Shown one piece after another: positions 27,678 to 32,000 of a stretch of DNA of 32,000 nucleotides (the first letter of the stretch is position 1; each line of letters begins with the position of its first letter). This DNA is from Mycoplasma mycoides subsp. capri (GTDB taxonomy: Bacteria; Bacillota_I; Bacilli_A; Mycoplasmatales; Mycoplasmataceae), in assembly GCF_018389705.1 (NCBI RefSeq), contig NZ_CP065581.1:60001-92000 (forward strand), read 5' to 3'. The notes beneath the pieces were generated by a model. The model saw only the letters and a program-made list of their open reading frames with translations. It did not search any database and was not told the DNA's origin. Made by a program: the position numbers and the translations under genes.

Positions 27678-29744
27678 ATGAAAACTATAAAGTTATTTTT
27701 AATTGATTTTTATAATTTCTTAATTTTAAAACATTACTTTTTATTGTTTTTATTATTAAGTATTTGTATGAGTGCTAGTTTTATATTAAGTTTAAATATT
27801 CATTATTTAATTTTAGCTATTTTCTTTTTAAGTTTAACTATTATTTTAAATCACAAAAACACTTTAAAAATAGTTCTTATTTTTATATCTATTAATTTGA
27901 TTTTTATAATGTATATGTTTTGGTTTAAACATTCTAATTTAAGTTATTTAAATAATAAAACTATTATAAGCAAAGTGATTGATAAAAAAACTAATTATGC
28001 TATTTTACAACATAAAAATATTAAGTTTTATGTTAATGACTTTAATAATAAGTTTTTATTAGATCAAATAATAGAAATATCTGGTGTGTTTAACAAATTA
28101 GAAAGTAATACTAGTTTTTATCAATTTGACTTTTTTAACTATTTAAATAAACAATTTATTGATTTTGAAATGATTAATTATAAAGTAGAAAAAATTAGTA
28201 ATGGGATTAGAAGTAATTTTATTTTAACTAATTATTTTTATACAAATAAATTAGCTAGTATGTTTTTATTTGAATCAATAGATAGATCTACTAAGTTAGG
28301 TGAATTAATAAAAGATTTGAATTTAAGTTTTTTAATAGTTATTAGTAGTTATAACATTCACTTTTTTACTAAGTTTTTTTATAAATTAAACACCAAATTT
28401 AACTGAACAACAATAATTACTTATTTATTTTATTTAATAGTTTTTTTATTATCTTATTTATCAAATTTTTCTTATGCTAGTTTAAGAATAATAATTTTTT
28501 TTATTGTTAGTTTATATTTTAAAAAGTTTAATAAAAACACAGAATTAGTTTTTAAAAGATTTTTAACTCTTTTAATTTGTTTTGTTTTAACTCCCAGTTT
28601 TTTAACTTCAAGTAGTGCTGTTTTTATAATTGTTAGTTTTATGTTTTATTATGAAAAAATTTTTAGAAATAAATTTTTAGATTTATGTTTAAAATCTTTA
28701 ATTTTTACTTTTTATTTTATTCCTTTACAAATTTTTTATTTTTATAGTTTTAGTATAGTTATTCAAAGTTTATTAATTGTTTTAAGACCATTATTTAGTT
28801 TTTTATATTTTAGTATTTTTATTTGAATTTGGTTTGATCATAATTTTTTAACTAATATATTAATTAAGATTTTTGAGTTTATTAAAAAGATTAATATTAA
28901 TTTTAATATAGGATATGTTAATGTTATTTTTTTAATTTTAGCTTATTTAAGTATTTTAATAATAATTAAATATAACTTTAAATCAATATGAAGTTGAATA
29001 AGTTTAATTCTTATTTTGTTATTAAGTTATTTAATTAGTTGGTTAATTAAACCAAGTGTGTTTTTAGTAATGCTAAATGTTGGTAATGGTAATTGTTTTA
29101 TTTTTCATGATAAGTTTAAAAACACAACTATTATAAATGATTGTGGAGTTGGAAAAGGTTTTTCTAAAAATATTGGTTATGAGTTTTTAAAATATTTTGG
29201 TATTAATCATGTTGATTTAATTATAATTTCACACAATCACGCTGATCATTATAATGCAATTGATGCTATTAAAAAAAATATTAAAGTTTATGAAACAATT
29301 ACTTATAACAACTTTTTACCTTTTAAAAGTATTAAAAATGTAAATATATACTTTTTTTGAAATAACTTAGAAAATGAAAACGATAAATCTTTAGTTTATT
29401 TGTTTGAGTATAGAAATATCAGAATTTTATTTACAGGAGATGTTGAAAAAGAAGCTGAACAATTATTAGTTAATAATGATTATTTTAAATACGTAATTAA
29501 TTTAAAGCCAATAGATATTTTACAAGTACCACACCATGGTTCTAATACTAGTTCAACTGATGAGTTTATTAGTTTAATAAAACCAAAATACGGATTAATA
29601 TCAGGTAATAAAAGAACTTATAATTTTCCAAGAATTCAAACACTAGAAACTTTATACAAACATAATGTTAAATATTTTATAAGTCAAATTAATAATAATA
29701 CTTTTTATAATTTTTTAACCAATAGTTTTTGGTTTAAAAAATAA
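27678..29744 (+). CDS. comEC: ComEC/Rec2-family competence protein (DNA channel plus metallo-beta-lactamase-like domain)
   Basis: Four track ORFs in one frame joined by TGA=Trp. OB-fold-like N-terminus, many TM segments, C-terminal MLNVGNGNCFIFHDKF...DLIIISHNHADHYNAID...RILFTGDVEKEAEQLL...DILQVPHHGSNTSS. GAGG ribosome-binding site. Confidence 0.9.
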
Positions 29745-29776
29745 AAAACCTGGAATTTTTAAAATCCAGGTTTTAA
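29743..29776. terminator. Bidirectional terminator between convergent comEC and phnE-type genes
   Basis: AAAACCTGGA-attttt..aaaa-TCCAGGTTTT 10-bp stem, A/T tracts on both sides. Confidence 0.85.
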
Positions 29777-32000
29777 TTAATAATCTAAATTTCAAAGTTT
29801 GATAGTTCTAGTTTGTTTTGTAAATAAAACAGTTTTTTTATACTCTCTTTTTAGTGATTTTAACAAGTCTTTAATACTTGTTAGTTTAGTTTTTTGATCT
29901 TGTAATTTTTGATTTAAATTATTTGAATCAGTTTGTAGTTTGATTTGTTGTTCAATGTTTTTAATATCAGCTTTTAACTCAATTAGTTGTTTTTTTAATT
30001 TTAGTTTAGAATCTAAATAATTAGTTTTAGCTGTTTTTAAATAGTTATTAGCTTGTTGATTAATTTGATCAACTAATAGTTTTCTATTATCTTTAAATTC
30101 TTTTATATATTTTTTATGTAAACTAATTAATTCTTGATATTTTTGATCAACTAAAGTTTTATTATCATAATCAATATCAACTTTTAAGTTTTTTAAAAAG
30201 ATAATCTTTTTAGAAATAAGTTTATCAGGTAGTTTATCTAAACTTATTTTACTTTTAACATAACTATTAAAAGCATTAGCTTGTCAATAACTCATATCAA
30301 CTTCTTTTTTAAATAGTTTTAAAGTAGCTTTGTAAGTTGCAAAACAATAATGTTGATATTTATTTATTAGTCAATCTATTCATTTAGGATTTTTATTTTC
30401 TAAAAATTTTACTCTTAATGTATTTGAAATGCTTTCAACAATTAAAGTAAAGATAATTAAACCAAATACTAAAGCCCCAAATTCTGCATATAATGCTTCT
30501 TCAAAATATCCTTTTAATAAACTTCCTAGTCGTCCAGCTCCAACAATACCTAAAGTAGCTACTTCTTTAAAGTTAATTTCAAAACGATAAATAATATATG
30601 AAATTATTTCATTTTGAGTTTGAGCAAAAATACCGTATCTAAATACTTGAAACTTATTTAACCCTAAAGCTTTTAATTGGTTAACTATTTTAAAGTTTAT
30701 TGTTTCATAAATTTCTCTATTATATTTTGTTAGCATTCCAATTGTTCCAACAGCTAAAGCTAATGATCCAGCAAATGGACCTACTCCAACTGCAAAAACA
30801 AAAATATAAGCATACATATATGTTGGAATTGCTCTAATTAAAGTAGTTAGACATAAAACTGGTTTTGCAATAATAGGATGAACTATTTTTGATGAACTTA
30901 ATAATCCTAATATATAAGCAAATACAGCTCCAATTACAGTTCCTAAAATAGCAATTGTTAGTGTTTCTCAAAGTATATAAAGAACAGAATATGATTGAGC
31001 AGTTTTATTAGTAGCGCTAAGCGGATTAGCATAATATAGTGATTCTCAATTAATATTTAAAATACTTAAAACTCTTTGGTTTGTTTCTTTTATTGATGAA
31101 CTACTTGCTAAAGAAAAGTTAACATCTTTAATTAAGAAAATAAATAAGAATAAAATAATTGCAAAAAACACAATTCTTTTAATATATGTTTTTGGCATTT
31201 TTTTTAAAACAACTTCAGGTGTTAGTGTTTTTTTAAATTTTGTAGTTTCTGTTTTTATTGTGTCTTCAACTTGACGTTTAATTTGTTCTCTAATAATTAA
31301 ACATTCATTTGCAAGTTTAGTTTGAGTGATTTTATCAATTCTTACTAAATGATCTACAAAATCAACTTTTACAAACAAGTTTTCTTTATTTTCTTTAAAT
31401 AACTTTTTATATTTGTCTTTGTCTTTTTTAACATCAAGATTATATTGTTTTTTAAATTCAGAAATTAGTTTTTTCTTTTCTAGTTTTAAAGATTGAAGTT
31501 CATTAGGATCTGTTGTTTTTGCTATTTTGTCATTAATTTCTTTTGTTAAAATGTAGTTTATATAAAATTTAAGATTACTTAATTTATCTATATTTTTATA
31601 TGGTTTTTGAATTTTATTTATTAGTTTTTTTTCTAATAAATAATCTTTTTCTTCTATTATGTAATTTCTAATTAAAAAAATAAATAATTCAATTAATAAA
31701 ATAGTTACTGCAAATATTGTTAATAAGAATCCGGCTTTGCTATATTCTGAAGAATCAAGAGTTGATTTAATTAATTCTCCATAACTATCTAATCCTGTTA
31801 CGATTGCAATAACTGAAAAATAACGAATATTAGTTTCTAAAGTATAAAGTGAAATTGATAATAAGTTAGTGGAAATTTGTGGAACTACTGCTTTTCTAAA
31901 TGATTGAAACTTATTAGCTCCAGTAGCTTGCATTGTAGTAAATACTTTTGTATCAATTTGTTCTATTTTTTCATAAAACAATTTACCAGCTACTGAAAAT
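29777..32000 (-). CDS. phnE: Phosphonate-type ABC transporter permease, tandem PhnE-like fusion with coiled-coil extensions (5' end beyond window)
   Basis: Track ORFs 31046..31981 and 30380..30817 share a frame, joined by TGA=Trp. First permease domain: AGKLFYEKIEQIDTKVFTTMQATGANKFQSFRKAVVPQI. Second: TYMYAYIFVFAVGVGPFAGSLALAVGTIGMLTKYNREIYETINFKIVNQLKALGLNKFQVFRYGIFAQ...RFEINFKEVATLGIVGAGRLGSLL. Stop TAA 29777-29779. Confidence 0.85.

Overview
The window is a 32 kb chromosomal segment of a low-GC mollicute that reads UGA as Trp, most like the Mycoplasma mycoides/capricolum cluster (species is my inference). The supplied ORF track is cut at in-frame UGA codons, so I rejoined several tracks into full genes. 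Order: minus-strand block tadA-dnaX-recR-tmk-holB-trmN6-like-rpiR family-tilS (partial); SRP RNA (ffs) and guaC; a two-TM coiled-coil protein; an RDD-family protein; a DUF31 serine-protease-like lipoprotein; a Bcp-type peroxiredoxin; plus-strand glucose-type PTS IICB, a small membrane protein, an ECF S-component-like protein, ald, a YczE/YitT-like membrane protein, serS, a DUF1904-like protein, dusB and lysS; minus-strand trxA and a Cof-type HAD hydrolase; a minus-strand 16S-23S-5S operon preceded by tRNA-Lys(UUU) and tRNA-Leu(UAG); plus-strand comEC; and the 3' part of a minus-strand fused phnE-type permease. I see no CRISPR array, transposon, prophage, restriction-modification system or clear novel defence system. 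The items most worth a second look are the mutually exclusive RNA structures in the 16S-23S spacer, the inverted repeat at the start of the rRNA transcript, the fused phosphonate-type permease with long coiled-coil extensions, the A16 tract in front of the RDD gene, the DUF31 lipoprotein, and the internally duplicated coiled-coil protein.
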